NCBI GenBank assembly: GCA_051362555.1
Contig: JBPQGU010000016.1
Coordinates: forward strand, 4,216,001 to 4,280,000
Length of the DNA stretch: 64,000 nt
From: Lingula anatina
Lineage: Eukaryota > Animalia > Brachiopoda
Reading direction: 5' to 3'
Shown: piece after piece, positions 39,565 to 50,700 of the stretch
Numbering within the stretch: the first letter of the stretch is position 1
How the letters are laid out: each line of letters opens with the position of its first letter
The notes under the pieces: generated by a model
Told to the model about the DNA's origin: nothing
Database searches by the model: none
Seen by the model: the letters and a program-made list of their open reading frames with translations, nothing else
Position numbers and translations under genes: made by a program

Positions 39565-40917
39565 TTGTCACATGCCCTTTCTTATAGTTATCTGAATTAT
39601 CAACTTGTCATAATTTACTATTTTAATTTCTAGAGTTAATTATTATTCTTATTCAAACAAGAAATTATCAATTATACACAGAAAAATTAAAGTCAATAAC
39701 AAATCAACATTGCCAGCAAATTTTACTCTGCCCAAGCTACAGTCACTACAGGTATATAGGATAGTAGGCCTACACACTGACAGAGATGTGATACATATGC
39801 CACGGTGACATTTTACAACTCTACTCGTCGGTTTGTTGATCTTAAATTGCACATTTTTTCAAGTGTTTCATTATTAGTTTGTAGCATCCATATTTATATT
39901 TATATACATTTATACATAATGAAACAAAGTCGGCGTAACGTTACGCAAATGCCCCAATAAACAATGCATCGCACACAGTTGCGCCAATGCTTTACTGGAC
40001 GAAGACGCAGGAAGACGTCGCCGGGAGCTCACTTTCGATGTTCACTCTTCGACGGCAAAACGTCAAATGACTGACGTGCGTGCGCATCTTTTGACGTATC
40101 ACGTGATACCCTTCCAACCACCAATGAATGCAGGTCGTCTTCTTACAGGGTCTAGCTATCCAGTGACCAACCAGGAGCATAGCTTGCACTGCGATGCGCG
40201 ACTTTTTCTTATGCAAATTACAACTGGTACAGTGCATGGCACATTTGAGGAGTTGCTGTGGAAATTGGTCTCAAAGAAATTATGGAATATTATTTTACTA
40301 TTGTGACAAGGCTATTACCCGCGTAGACCTATTTGTCACCATACATAATATTTTTCTAGGACAACTAGTTTATATTAAATCAAAAACTAAAAATAGCAAT
40401 GAAGATAGGTATAACAAGTAAATGATGATGCTCATACATTCGGGGAGTAGCTTTGCGTAGGATGAAATATATTGTATTGTACGCCCCCCTGGCTGTCGAT
40501 TGTAAGTAATAGACATAAACTGGCCCGCTCGAAGATTCTGCGGGTCCGTGGTCAAAGTTAAATAAAAATAACCATGATTAAGGGAAGTTATTGAAGTTAT
40601 CAATTTAAGATTTTAGAGATACTAATAAATTTACCTTTTTTAACACTGGTCGTATTCACAAAAGATCGTAAACATTACAGAGAGAAGGAAAAGTACCCAA
40701 GAGAAGGGAGGGGGTGTGTGTGAAGGAGCGCAATGTGAAACAAATTAATATTATGTTCTTATTTATCTATTCAATTTCATAAATAATTTGTAATCTCTTC
40801 ACTCTTGATTCAAATAAATAAAAAGCAACAATTAAAACTTGTAGTACTTGCCACAGAAGCCAAACTGAAGTAAAACATTTGAAATAGCAAAAAAAAGAGG
40901 AAGACAAGTAAAAAAAA

Positions 40918-41540
40918 TTAAATTCCCAAATTTTTAGAAACTAATAATCTTTCTTCGACAGTATCCTTAACATAACCGTCTTTTGTGTTTTCAGATCGCC
41001 ATCTACCGTGTTTCTTAAACAGTCTGTCTTTAGTCCCTGCATTAGAATCCAGCATATGAAATCAAACAAACGGAAAGTACTCGGAGATCCTTCAAAGTGA
41101 CTTCAGAACTCATAAAATTAGTAACCAATTGAGAAATGTGCTTAGCAGTTACAGGTTCCTTTTTTGTTACTCTATGATCTTTCCGTCTCTGAGATGCTTC
41201 CTTCACTGCAATAACGAATTTTGACTCGCAATTTCGGATTTTTCTTACAGTTGGCTGTACCATGAAACCATTTTAAAGTGTAAAAAGATGTCTAAACCGC
41301 AGCAGAATAATTACAAGTTTGTGACAAATTTTGAAGATAAAAAGCAACAATCGAGTCTTTCGCTGTAAAGAAAGAGGTCACACCGATCGTATTACACCGT
41401 TCAAGCCATTTTTGGAAGCCGAAAGAATATTATCTCACTGTGTTGTCTGCTCTTGACTTCAAAATGACATCTGGTAATGAATCTGCTAAAGCCTTCAAAC
41501 TTTTATTGCTTGTAACCTCCACGTCTTGGAGGATAGCATT
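40918..41540 (-). pseudogene. Tyrosine recombinase pseudogene lacking most of the catalytic core
   Basis: YAGF is joined directly to NAG…HGRW…GYV at ~41043, so the first catalytic Arg through the HxxR region is missing. Confidence 0.85.
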
Positions 41541-41749
41541 ATCAAGAAAACATGAAAAAGGAAAAAAAGAAAATTTTTGAAAACAAAACTCTAGCAATCG
41601 TTCCCATAATCTCTGTTCATCCTGGACAATAATCATGTCCATGTTAACTGTCATTGATCAATGATTGTGATCCTAATGGCCATTTCTTCCATTCCTTCCT
41701 TCAATGTTGCAGAACTCCATTACAGCATGTTGTATCGATAACCCATTGA

Positions 41750-41940
41750 TAACTAGAGCGTAGACCTCCGCCAAGGCAGCGATTTTTTATTATTATTGAT
41801 TTTTGATTGATTATTGATCCGGATCACCACCAAAAAATAATCATCTCTTCCTTGGCCCACTTCGTACAGTTCCTGAAAAATTCATCAAAATCGGTCTAAG
41901 AAATACATAAACAAAGCCATCTCCATTATATCAATGATCC
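41750..41940 (+). mobile_element. Short repeat fragment inserted in the DIRS relic (HINE-like)
   Basis: AACTAGAGCG…ACCTCCGCCAAGG and GATCCGGATCACCACCAAAA…CCTGAAAAATTCATCAAAATCGG resemble widespread aquatic-animal non-autonomous elements as I recall them; not verified. Confidence 0.4.
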
Positions 41941-42829
41941 AGTGATCGTCTGTTTATCTCTCCTTCGAAGAAAGTGAGTTTTAAATTCTATAAACAGATG
42001 ACCAATTATTCATCTACTTTAAATCCCTTTAAATATGAAAAACTTATTCGTATTTAAAACAAATGGTCCCAAACCGGGTTTTCTGGCATCTGAATAGACC
42101 GTTTTTAACTTACTAGGCAAGCTTTGTACACGTAGACTTTTCTCATTTAAAAAAAAAAAAAAAAGAAAACTAAATTGTCTTTCCAAAAATTAATTCTTTA
42201 ATGCAGGACATTCGTCTTTAATATTAATATTAAAATCCCAATACTTCCTCTAGTTATTTATCTAGATACATTTCCAATCAATGGAGACATAATAATAAAA
42301 CAGAAATAATTTTACCTGTAACCCTCGCCAATTTTATAGCTGTTATATACGGTAAATCTGAAACCAATTCGTCTAAAAGACACAGAGTATTACTAGTACA
42401 TGTAGAAAGCCTTCTTTCGGGAATAAACAATCCCCTTACTTCCATGTTCCAAATAATCCCCAACCATTCCAATTTGTTGACTGGTTCTAATTTACTTTTT
42501 TCAATGTTTAAAACAAAATCTGCTTTAAACAGATCCATTTTAATTTTTTTAGAATGTAGTTTTAAATGTAATATATTTTTCTAGAGAATTTTCAGACACA
42601 ATACCGTCATCTAAATAAACAACAATGGGGATTCCATTTTTCTCCAATACCCAACTAAACGTCTAAGTATTTTACTAAAAATAAACGGTGCTGAAGAAAG
42701 GCCAAACGAAAGTACCAAAAAAAAAAAAAGAATTCTTTCCGTTGATTTAAAAAAGTTTGAGATGCCGGAGCAATATCTAAATGGTGAATAAATAAATAAA
42801 CACAACACTAAACTGCAGAATTATCTCAA

Positions 42830-43527
42830 CAAATATTATCTGTGGTCTTGCTCACATTCCCAAAAGTGATAGTGTAATATGCCTTTGGTCCATGCAACCA
42901 GATCTCTTGTCCTCCTTGTCTGTTCAGCCTAAAATATAAAATTGCAAGACAGCTATTTAATTCTTAATGCATAACTCTATTAAAAAGGAAAATGTCCATG
43001 ATGGAAAAAACTCATTTATTTTTTCTACCTGAAGATATGGAAAATGGTGCAATAGTTTGTGTTGTTCTCATGCATATCTACTCACAGTGATTATCTTCTT
43101 TCCAAGATTTTTGCCCCATGCCAAATGTCCCACGAATGTTTTATCCCGATTCATTTTTTTTTTCTGAAATAAGAAAAATTTAGCTAAATATATAGAGAGA
43201 TATAACAAAAAAATAGCAAGAATTGCAAGTAAATAATCACATACATGTAGATACATTTCACATACTAAATTTGCTTTCTAATTATTAAAGTAAGACCTAA
43301 ACAGCACTTTGTACTTAAGTGTGCAACAAGGGCATCTTTGACCACTTCTGTTGCACTGATTCCTTTTTTTTTTTTTCAGGAAATCCATAGCCCTGACAAA
43401 CCCTTCCTTCTCCATTACAGAGCTACTCAGCTTGGTTTCTTTCTTCCTTACAACTTCTGCTTCCAACACATCCCCTGCTCGCGCAATATTGTGCACTATG
43501 TCCTGGGCTGTCCATTCTGCCATCTAC
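42830..43527 (-). pseudogene. Intron-containing DDE transposase pseudogene, Kolobok-like
   Basis: Minus-strand exons: DGRMDSPGHSAQYC (from ~43525); SSSVMEKEGFVRAMDFL…EVVKDA; GIKHSWDIWHGAKNLGKKII (43086-43148, 1-bp frameshift, GTGAGT donor); TTTTAG acceptor then AEQTRR…W..GILHYHFWEC (~42860-42929). DxWH fits the C/DxxH motif shared by Kolobok, MULE, hAT and P transposases. Confidence 0.72.
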
Positions 43528-43735
43528 TATGAATAAATGGGATATATCAACACGGACATCATAAGTATGTGGTGCGACAATTCCTAAAACAACACTTGGT
43601 GGGATTTAGGACACATTCCTATAGACACCACAGGTCTACATTGATCGACCAGACTTGGCATGGATTTTCACTGCTATCAGCTGAATAGGTCCCCCCCCCC
43701 CCTCTAAGAAATAAAATTGTTCATGTTCCTTTTGT

Positions 43736-43737
<2 letters not shown>

Positions 43738-43806
<69 letters not shown>
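43738..43806. repeat. (TA)n microsatellite, ~34 units
   Basis: Directly visible. Confidence 0.97.
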
Positions 43807-43810
<4 letters not shown>

Positions 43811-44281
43811 TTCCAAAGGAATAGAGGGCAATAAGTCATACTCAAATTATATTTTAGGATGCCAACCCATGTTATTTTCATCTTACTCCTTCTCAAAGTG
43901 TGTCTTGCCTTTAAATGTAAAGCTCTATGTTATTTAATGAAAGACAATATAAGTTCCATCTGTTTAGAGATGTATGTCGGTCTGCTTTATAGCAATTAAG
44001 TCCCTGCTGTGGTTTAGGCCTACTGGTCACAACCAGAACATCAGAACCACTGCTTCCATCCACCGCTTCTACTTGTGGACATGGGTACACTTGATATAGA
44101 AACAAAACACGCATTTAGTTAAAATTTTAGATTAATCCATTTAATCCATAAAGTTTAAATAACACATTTGCAATAAAGTTTTTGATTAAGTTTTTTATCA
44201 AAATTAAAATAGATTATTGTAATAATGTTATTAAAGTATGTGCCCTTTTTCAAATGCAAAGAATGCAAAGCAACCCTTATA

Positions 44282-45947
44282 CAGCATTGGTCAAAAAGGT
44301 TGTCCCACCCCCATTTCCATGTACTTCTATTTACAAATGATCACCTAACAGCTGTTAATTGTTAGAAATAGTGTTTTTTATTACGTATACCGTGTCTAAC
44401 ATGATTAATGGTTTAAAAAATACAAAATAGTGGTGAAAATATACATATTTTATACCATTTAGTAAAATTTATAAGAGGTACCCCCTCAAATCGACTGTTT
44501 CACTGTGACTTCTAAAGATGTAAAGAAATGACTATAAAATTAAAAAGACGCCATCAAATGTCACCAAATTCACACACAATTAGCATTAGGGTGTGCTCAT
44601 TAAAGATCACGTGCCTAACAGCGTGTGCGTCTACCGCGTACTGCAATTATTTCCTGTAGACGGCGCGACAAGCCTTCAACTCGGGTTACAATTCTGTTTT
44701 GTGGGATATTGTATTCTTCTTCTCAAACAAGTTGGGGGAGTTGGTCCACGTTTTTATTTGGTTGGTTCTCCTTTGCATTGCACACTCCAATACATGTCAC
44801 AGTTGATTAGTAAGTTTGATATCAGGGCTCAAAGATGGTGGTTCCATCCTTAGACCATTATGTTTCTTCAACAAACAGTTGCCAGGCAAGAGGTGTGAGC
44901 AAGTGTGCAGTCATGATAAAGCCTGAAGTTAACCCCAAAGTCAGTTCTTGAAGATGGAATGAGATATCAGCTGAGAATGCTACGTTCAGTGATCCCACAG
45001 GCACCTGAACCTGGCCATCCATCACTGGAAGGAAGTTGATTTTGATGCAGAATCAAATTATTTCTTGTATCCCATCGATGGTCAAAGAGGGTCCATAGAC
45101 ATGTTAAAAAATGCCTCTTGGAAAGGTGCGTGCAGGATAATATCGCCTGAGGTGTTAGATCAATCCGCATTTGGAGAACATTCCAAGCCCATGGTATTAG
45201 TACATTGTTCCTTTTGGAACAAAACGTAACAGGGGCATTTTGATGTAACATTCTCAACAGAAATCTCATTCCATTTGCAAGAGGTGACTTCAGGGATACT
45301 ACTGGCTTCATTGTGACGACGCACTTGCTCACAGCTCTCGTCTGGCAAACGATTTGTTGCAGAAACACAGGGCTCTGAGGATGGGACAACCGTCTTTGAG
45401 TCCTGATATTAATCCTACTGAGCACCTGTGGCATAAATTGGAATGTGCATTGCAGAGGAGAACCAATTCCTAAATAATCTTGACCAATTCCGCCACGCTC
45501 TTTAGGATGAATGGGACAATATCCCACATAACAGAATTGTTACCCATGTTGAAGGCTTGTCGCGCCGTCTACAGGAGATAATTGCAGTACGCGGTAGACG
45601 CACACGCTGTTAGGCACGTGATCTTTAACGAGCACACCCTAATGCTAATTGTGTGTGAATTTGGTGACATTTGATGGCACCTTTTCAATTTTATAGACAT
45701 TTCTTTACATCTGTAGAAGTAACAGTGAAACAGTCGATTTGAGGGGGTACCTCTTATAAATTTTACTAAATGGTATAAAATATGTATATTTTCACCACTA
45801 TTTTGTATTTTTTTAACCATTAATCATGTTAGACACGGTATCCGTGATAAAAAGAACTATTTCAAACAGTTCACAGCTGTGAGGCGTATCATTTGTAAAT
45901 AAAAGTACATGGAAATGGGGGTGGGACAACCTTTTTGACCAATGCTG
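44282..45947. mobile_element. Tc1/mariner-derived palindromic element (1666 bp, TA target duplication)
   Basis: TA|CAGCATTGGTCAAAAAGGTTGTCCCACCCCC … GGGGGTGGGACAACCTTTTTGACCAATGCTG|TA. The inverted similarity extends ~700 bp and both arms carry Tc1 transposase 3' sequence. Confidence 0.93.
45045..45613 (+). pseudogene. Tc1-family (DD34E) transposase catalytic domain, disrupted
   Basis: ESNYFL..DG.KRVHR; SIRIW..F…NVTG..CNIL..NLIPF; D(45315)…SLSPDINPTE(45420)HLW with 34 residues between D and E; EWDNIP; SRRLQEIIAVRG…*. Confidence 0.85.
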
Positions 45948-46253
45948 TATATACACGTACCTGTATATAAATATGTTTGATAAGATCTATTGGAGATATT
46001 TAAGCACATTTAAAAGACACTCACTCAGAAACAGAGTTTTCAATATCGCTTAATTTGGGATCAGGAATGGACTTAGCAGTGGTCCTCACCCTCGCCTGAA
46101 CAAAGAAGCTCAAACAAATCAAGAACAAATCAATATCCGAATAACGACGGTGATATGGCCCTGCTGGCGCATATTAATTTCGTGATCTGTAAACACAGGG
46201 AATCAGCAGTTGTAAACATTCTCTTATAGTATATTTTGAACAAGCTGTCTGTA

Positions 46254-46313
46254 CAGGGAGGGGGGGGGGCGGGGTCGGCCCGCCCCCTTAAAATATTCCT
46301 GGATCCGCCCCTG
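46254..46313. mobile_element. MITE right-end fragment (…TCCTGGATCCGCCCCTG)
   Basis: Reverse complement of the CAGGGGCGGATCCAGGA terminus, followed by a partial duplication GATCCGC. Confidence 0.6.
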
Positions 46314-46394
46314 GATCCGCCACATGGTACCTATCTGTATCTTAAAAAAAAAAAACTGCTGGTATATGATAGACGGGAAGAGGGAGCGCATGGG

Positions 46395-46545
46395 ATATGA
46401 CGGTGTAGGCCGGATCTAAAGCCTTCCACAGTTTCAGCAGTAACTTGTTGGTCACTTCGTTCATTCCACTCGGAGACTGTTCTGGTAAAGAAAGAGTTTC
46501 AAACTGGTGTGTCGCAGTGTGATTCTTGCACTTAGAGTTTGTTTT
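46395..46545 (-). mobile_element. 5'-truncated CR1/L2-clade LINE, ORF2 C-terminal tail
   Basis: Minus strand reads CDTPV*NSFFTRTVSEWNERSDQQVTAETVEGFRSGL, matching the SFFPRT..EWN.L….V….F…L end of CR1-type ORF2. Confidence 0.7.
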
Positions 46546-47702
46546 AAATCCTAATATTAGTACATAAATGTAATTTATTCTAAAATGTGAGGCCTAATAA
46601 TAAGGAGCTACGGGCAAATTTCTTCAACAATCAGTTTCTTTTTCAAACTGATTGTTTGACACATCATGATAACAACGGAAACCACCAAACTTCAATTAAG
46701 ATAATGAATTGTATTTATGTAGCAAATGGTTTGTTTTAGTGGTGGTATTAACTTTTTGGTAATACATCAACGTTTTGTTTATAGGAAATTAGTCTGGTTA
46801 GTTAGTAGTAGGTAGTAGGATGGTAGTTTGGGTCTTGTGTCTGCACATTTTTACCTCTAGTAGTTGACCAAGGCAAGGTGATAACAGATGTCCCGGGTTA
46901 AGGAATTTCTTAGCTGCTGTGTATCTAGGCACACACATTTGCACCCCCACCTTTAATAATTACATATTTTTTTTTAGTTACCCGCACGAAAATGCAGTAG
47001 TATCGAAGTAGCAAAGCGGCGGGAGCATATTTGCAGAATAGCCTACTGCAATTCTACTCCAAAAAGTACATAGGTTTGTACAGAGAGGAGCATAAATGCA
47101 TAATTTTTTTAATTCCCATGACAAAACACCCCGGTGACTCCCTTCGCCACATAAGTTTTCATGTAATTATTAAACAGAGCAAAAAATCTCCCTATTTCTG
47201 TAGAATTATAAATTTTATGAAAGATGTTTTTGGGACTAATTCTATCGAGCTGCATTCAGTGAGAAGTCATTCAGCTTTGTAGCTCCGGAGATATTGACGG
47301 CCGCACTAAAAAATTCCTGCAAAACTGCATGAACAGAATATTTTGGTGAAACATTTCCTATTCTCATAGACAGCAGACTCACTGACGTAACTCCCAATGC
47401 CACAAAACTTAAGTGTCAAAAAGTTACTTTTCATACCGGCAGTACTGTAATTGAACATGTGCATTCTCTTGTTTGTAAACAAACCACTGCACTGCTCACA
47501 GTCGTAAGCTCCCTCCGCCAGATGTCCGAAACTGTACAGTACTGAGCCAGGTCTCGCCCAAAAATAAGAAGCAATTTAGGCCCCAACCTGGTACTTGACA
47601 CCAAATTAACCACTAGCAACACACAAAAAATTGTCAGGAAAAAAACTGAAAACAATCACTAATTTTTCACGCAGAACTTCATTCAGCTATAACAGTCCGT
47701 GA

Positions 47703-50700
47703 TTGGCCAGGTAGGGATGAAAATTTTTTTTCTTCATTATAGTGTCAGGTAGGTGTGTTCGGTCATTTGTAGTAAGAATAAAGTGCTGGAAGAGTGGTGG
47801 TGTCAACATTAAGGAAGAAATAGAGCAAAAACTCTGTCTCCCCCCCCCCTCTCAGATTCTGTTCTCAGAGCTTATTTTTGGATCATCTTTAAAGCTAGAA
47901 TTGGGGGCCTTGATGAAGTGACCCGGGCGCGTTTCCACATTTTTTATGAATGACAGGTGTGGTAGATTGATTTTCGTCACTTTTTGGAAAAATCGGAGAC
48001 GGGTCGATTTTTGGTGATTTTGAGTGATTTTGAACAGTGCCGGCACTGTGAGATTTCTTCAATTTTGGCCAGGTAGGGATGAAAATTTTTTTTCTTCATT
48101 ATAGTGTCAGGTAGGTGTGTTCGGTCATTTGTAGTAAGAATAAAGTGCTGGAAGAGTGGTGGTGTCAACATTAAGGAAGAAATAGAGCAAAAACTCTGTC
48201 TCCCCCCCCTCCCCCTCTCAGATTCTGTTCTCAGAGCTTATTTTTGGATCATCTTTAAAGCTAGAATTGGGGGCCTTGATGAAGTGACCCGGGTGCGTTT
48301 CCACATTTTTTATGAATGACAGGTGTGGTAGATTGATTTTCGTCACTTTTTGGAAAAATTGGAGACGGGTCGATTTTTGGTGATTTTGAGTGATTTTGAA
48401 CAGTGCCGGCACTGTGAGATTTCTTCAATTTTGGCCAGGTAGGGATGAAAATTTTTTTTCTTCATTATAGTGTCAGGTAGGTGTGTTCGGTCATTTGTAG
48501 TAAGAATAAAGTGCTGGAAGAGTGGTGGTGTCAACATTAAGGAAGAAATAGAGCAAAAACTCTGTCTCCCCCCCCCCCCCCCCCTCTCAGATTCTGTTCT
48601 CAGAGCTTATTTTTGGATCATCTTTAAAGCTAGAATTGGGGGCCTTGATGAAGTGACCCGGGCGCGTTTCCACATTTTTTATGAATGACAGGTGTGGTAG
48701 ATTGATTTTCGTCACTTTTTGAAAAAATCGGAGACGGGTCGATTTTTGGTGATTTTGAGTGATTTTGAACAGTGCCGGCACTGTGAGATTTCTTCAATTT
48801 TGGCCAGGTAGGGATGAAAATTTTTTTTCTTCATTATAGTGTCAGGTAGGTGTGTTCGGTCATTTGTAGTAAGAATAAAGTGCTGGAAGAGTGGTGGTGT
48901 CAACATTAAGGAAGAAATAGAGCAAAAACTCTGTCTCCCCCCCCCCCCCCTCTCAGATTCTGTTCTCAGAGCTTATTTTTGGATCATCTTTAAAGCTAGA
49001 ATTGGGGGCCTTGATGAAGTGACCCGGGCGCGTTTCCACATTTTTTATGAATGACAGGTGTGGTAGATTGATTTTCGTCACTTTTTGGAAAAATCGGAGA
49101 CGGGTCGATTTTTGGTGATTTTGAGTGATTTTGAACAGTGCCGGCACTGTGAGATTTCTTCAATTTTGGCCAGGTAGGGATGAAAATTTTTTTTCTTCAT
49201 TATAGTGTCAGGTAGGTGTGTTCGGTCATTTGTAGTAAGAATAAAGTGCTGGAAGAGTGGTGGTGTCAACATTAAGGAAGAAATAGAGCAAAAACTCTGT
49301 CTCCCCCCCCCCTCTCTCAGATTCTGTTCTCAGAGCTTATTTTTGGATCATCTTTAAAGCTAGAATTGGGGGCCTTGATGAAGTGACCCGGGCGCGTTTC
49401 CACATTTTTTATGAATGACAGGTGTGGTAGATTGATTTTCGTCACTTTTTGGAAAAATCGGAGACGGGTCGATTTTTGGTGATTTTGAGTGATTTTGAAC
49501 AGTGCCGGCACTGTGAGATTTCTTCAATTTTGGCCAGGTAGGGATGAAAATTTTTTTTCTTCATTATAGTGTCAGGTAGGTGTGTTCGGTCATTTGTAGT
49601 AAGAATAAAGTGCTGGAAGAGTGGTGGTGTCAACATTAAGGAAGAAATAGAGCAAAAACTCTGTCTCCCCCCCCCCCCTCTCAGATTCTGTTCTCAGAGC
49701 TTATTTTTGGATCATCTTTAAAGCTAGAATTGGGGGCCTTGATGAAGTGACCCGGGCGCGTTTCCACATTTTTTATGAATGACAGGTGTGGTAGATTGAT
49801 TTTCGTCACTTTTTGAAAAAATCGGAGACGGGTCGATTTTTGGTGATTTTGAGTGATTTTGAACAGTGCCGGCACTGTGAGATTTCTTCAATTTTGGCCA
49901 GGTAGGGATGAAAATTTTTTTTCTTCATTATAGTGTCAGGTAGGTGTGTTCGGTCATTTGTAGTAAGAATAAAGTGCTGGAAGAGTGGTGGTGTCAACAT
50001 TAAGGAAGAAATAGAGCAAAAACTCTGTCTCCCCCCCCCCCCTCTCAGATTCTGTTCTCAGAGCTTATTTTTGGATCATCTTTAAAGCTAGAATTGGGGG
50101 CCTTGATGAAGTGACTCGGGCGCGTTTCCACATTTTTTATGAATGACAGGTGTGGTAGATTGATTTTCGTCACTTTTTGGAAAAATTGGAGACGGGTCGA
50201 TTTTTGGTGATTTTGAGTGATTTTGAACAGTGCCGGCACTGTGAGATTTCTTCAATTTTGGCCAGGTAGGGATGAAAATTTTTTTTCTTCATTATAGTGT
50301 CAGGTAGGTGTGTTCGGTCATTTGTAGTAAGAATAAAGTGCTGGAAGAGTGGTGGTGTCAACATTAAGGAAGAAATAGAGCAAAAACTCTGTCTCCCCCC
50401 CCCCCTCTCAGATTCTGTTCTCAGAGCTTATTTTTGGATCATCTTTAAAGCTAGAATTGGGGGCCTTGATGAAGTGACCCGGGCGCGTTTCCACATTTTT
50501 TATGAATGACAGGTGTGGTAGATTGATTTTCGTCACTTTTTGAAAAAATCGGAGACGGGTCGATTTTTGGTGATTTTGAGTGATTTTGAACAGTGCCGGC
50601 ACTGTGAGATTTCTTCAATTTTGGCCAGGTAGGGATGAAAATTTTTTTTCTTCATTATAGTGTCAGGTAGGTGTGTTCGGTCATTTGTAGTAAGAATAAA

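Larger units (their letters stand above)
40918..42790 (-). mobile_element. Second degenerate DIRS-order (YR) retrotransposon, internally deleted
   Basis: Minus strand RT motifs HHLDIA, LVLSFGLSSAPFIFSK, PIVVYLDDGI and NIEKSKLEP..LEWLGI; RNase H start VYSDA (~42090). YR N-terminus LPDVILKSRADNTVR, KKEPVT…CLISYAGF. YR C-terminus NAGTKDRLFKKHGRWRSENTKDGYVKD…KNLGI* ending at 40918. Confidence 0.9.

Noticed and set aside
43636-43896. ORF with a YIYIYI run
   Set aside because: Translation of the (TA)n microsatellite
44967-45527. 186-aa minus-strand ORF
   Set aside because: It is antisense to the Tc1 transposase remnant on the plus strand
46980-47702. Possible transposon end abutting the right array
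   Set aside because: No terminal repeat partner or coding motif could be identified by eye
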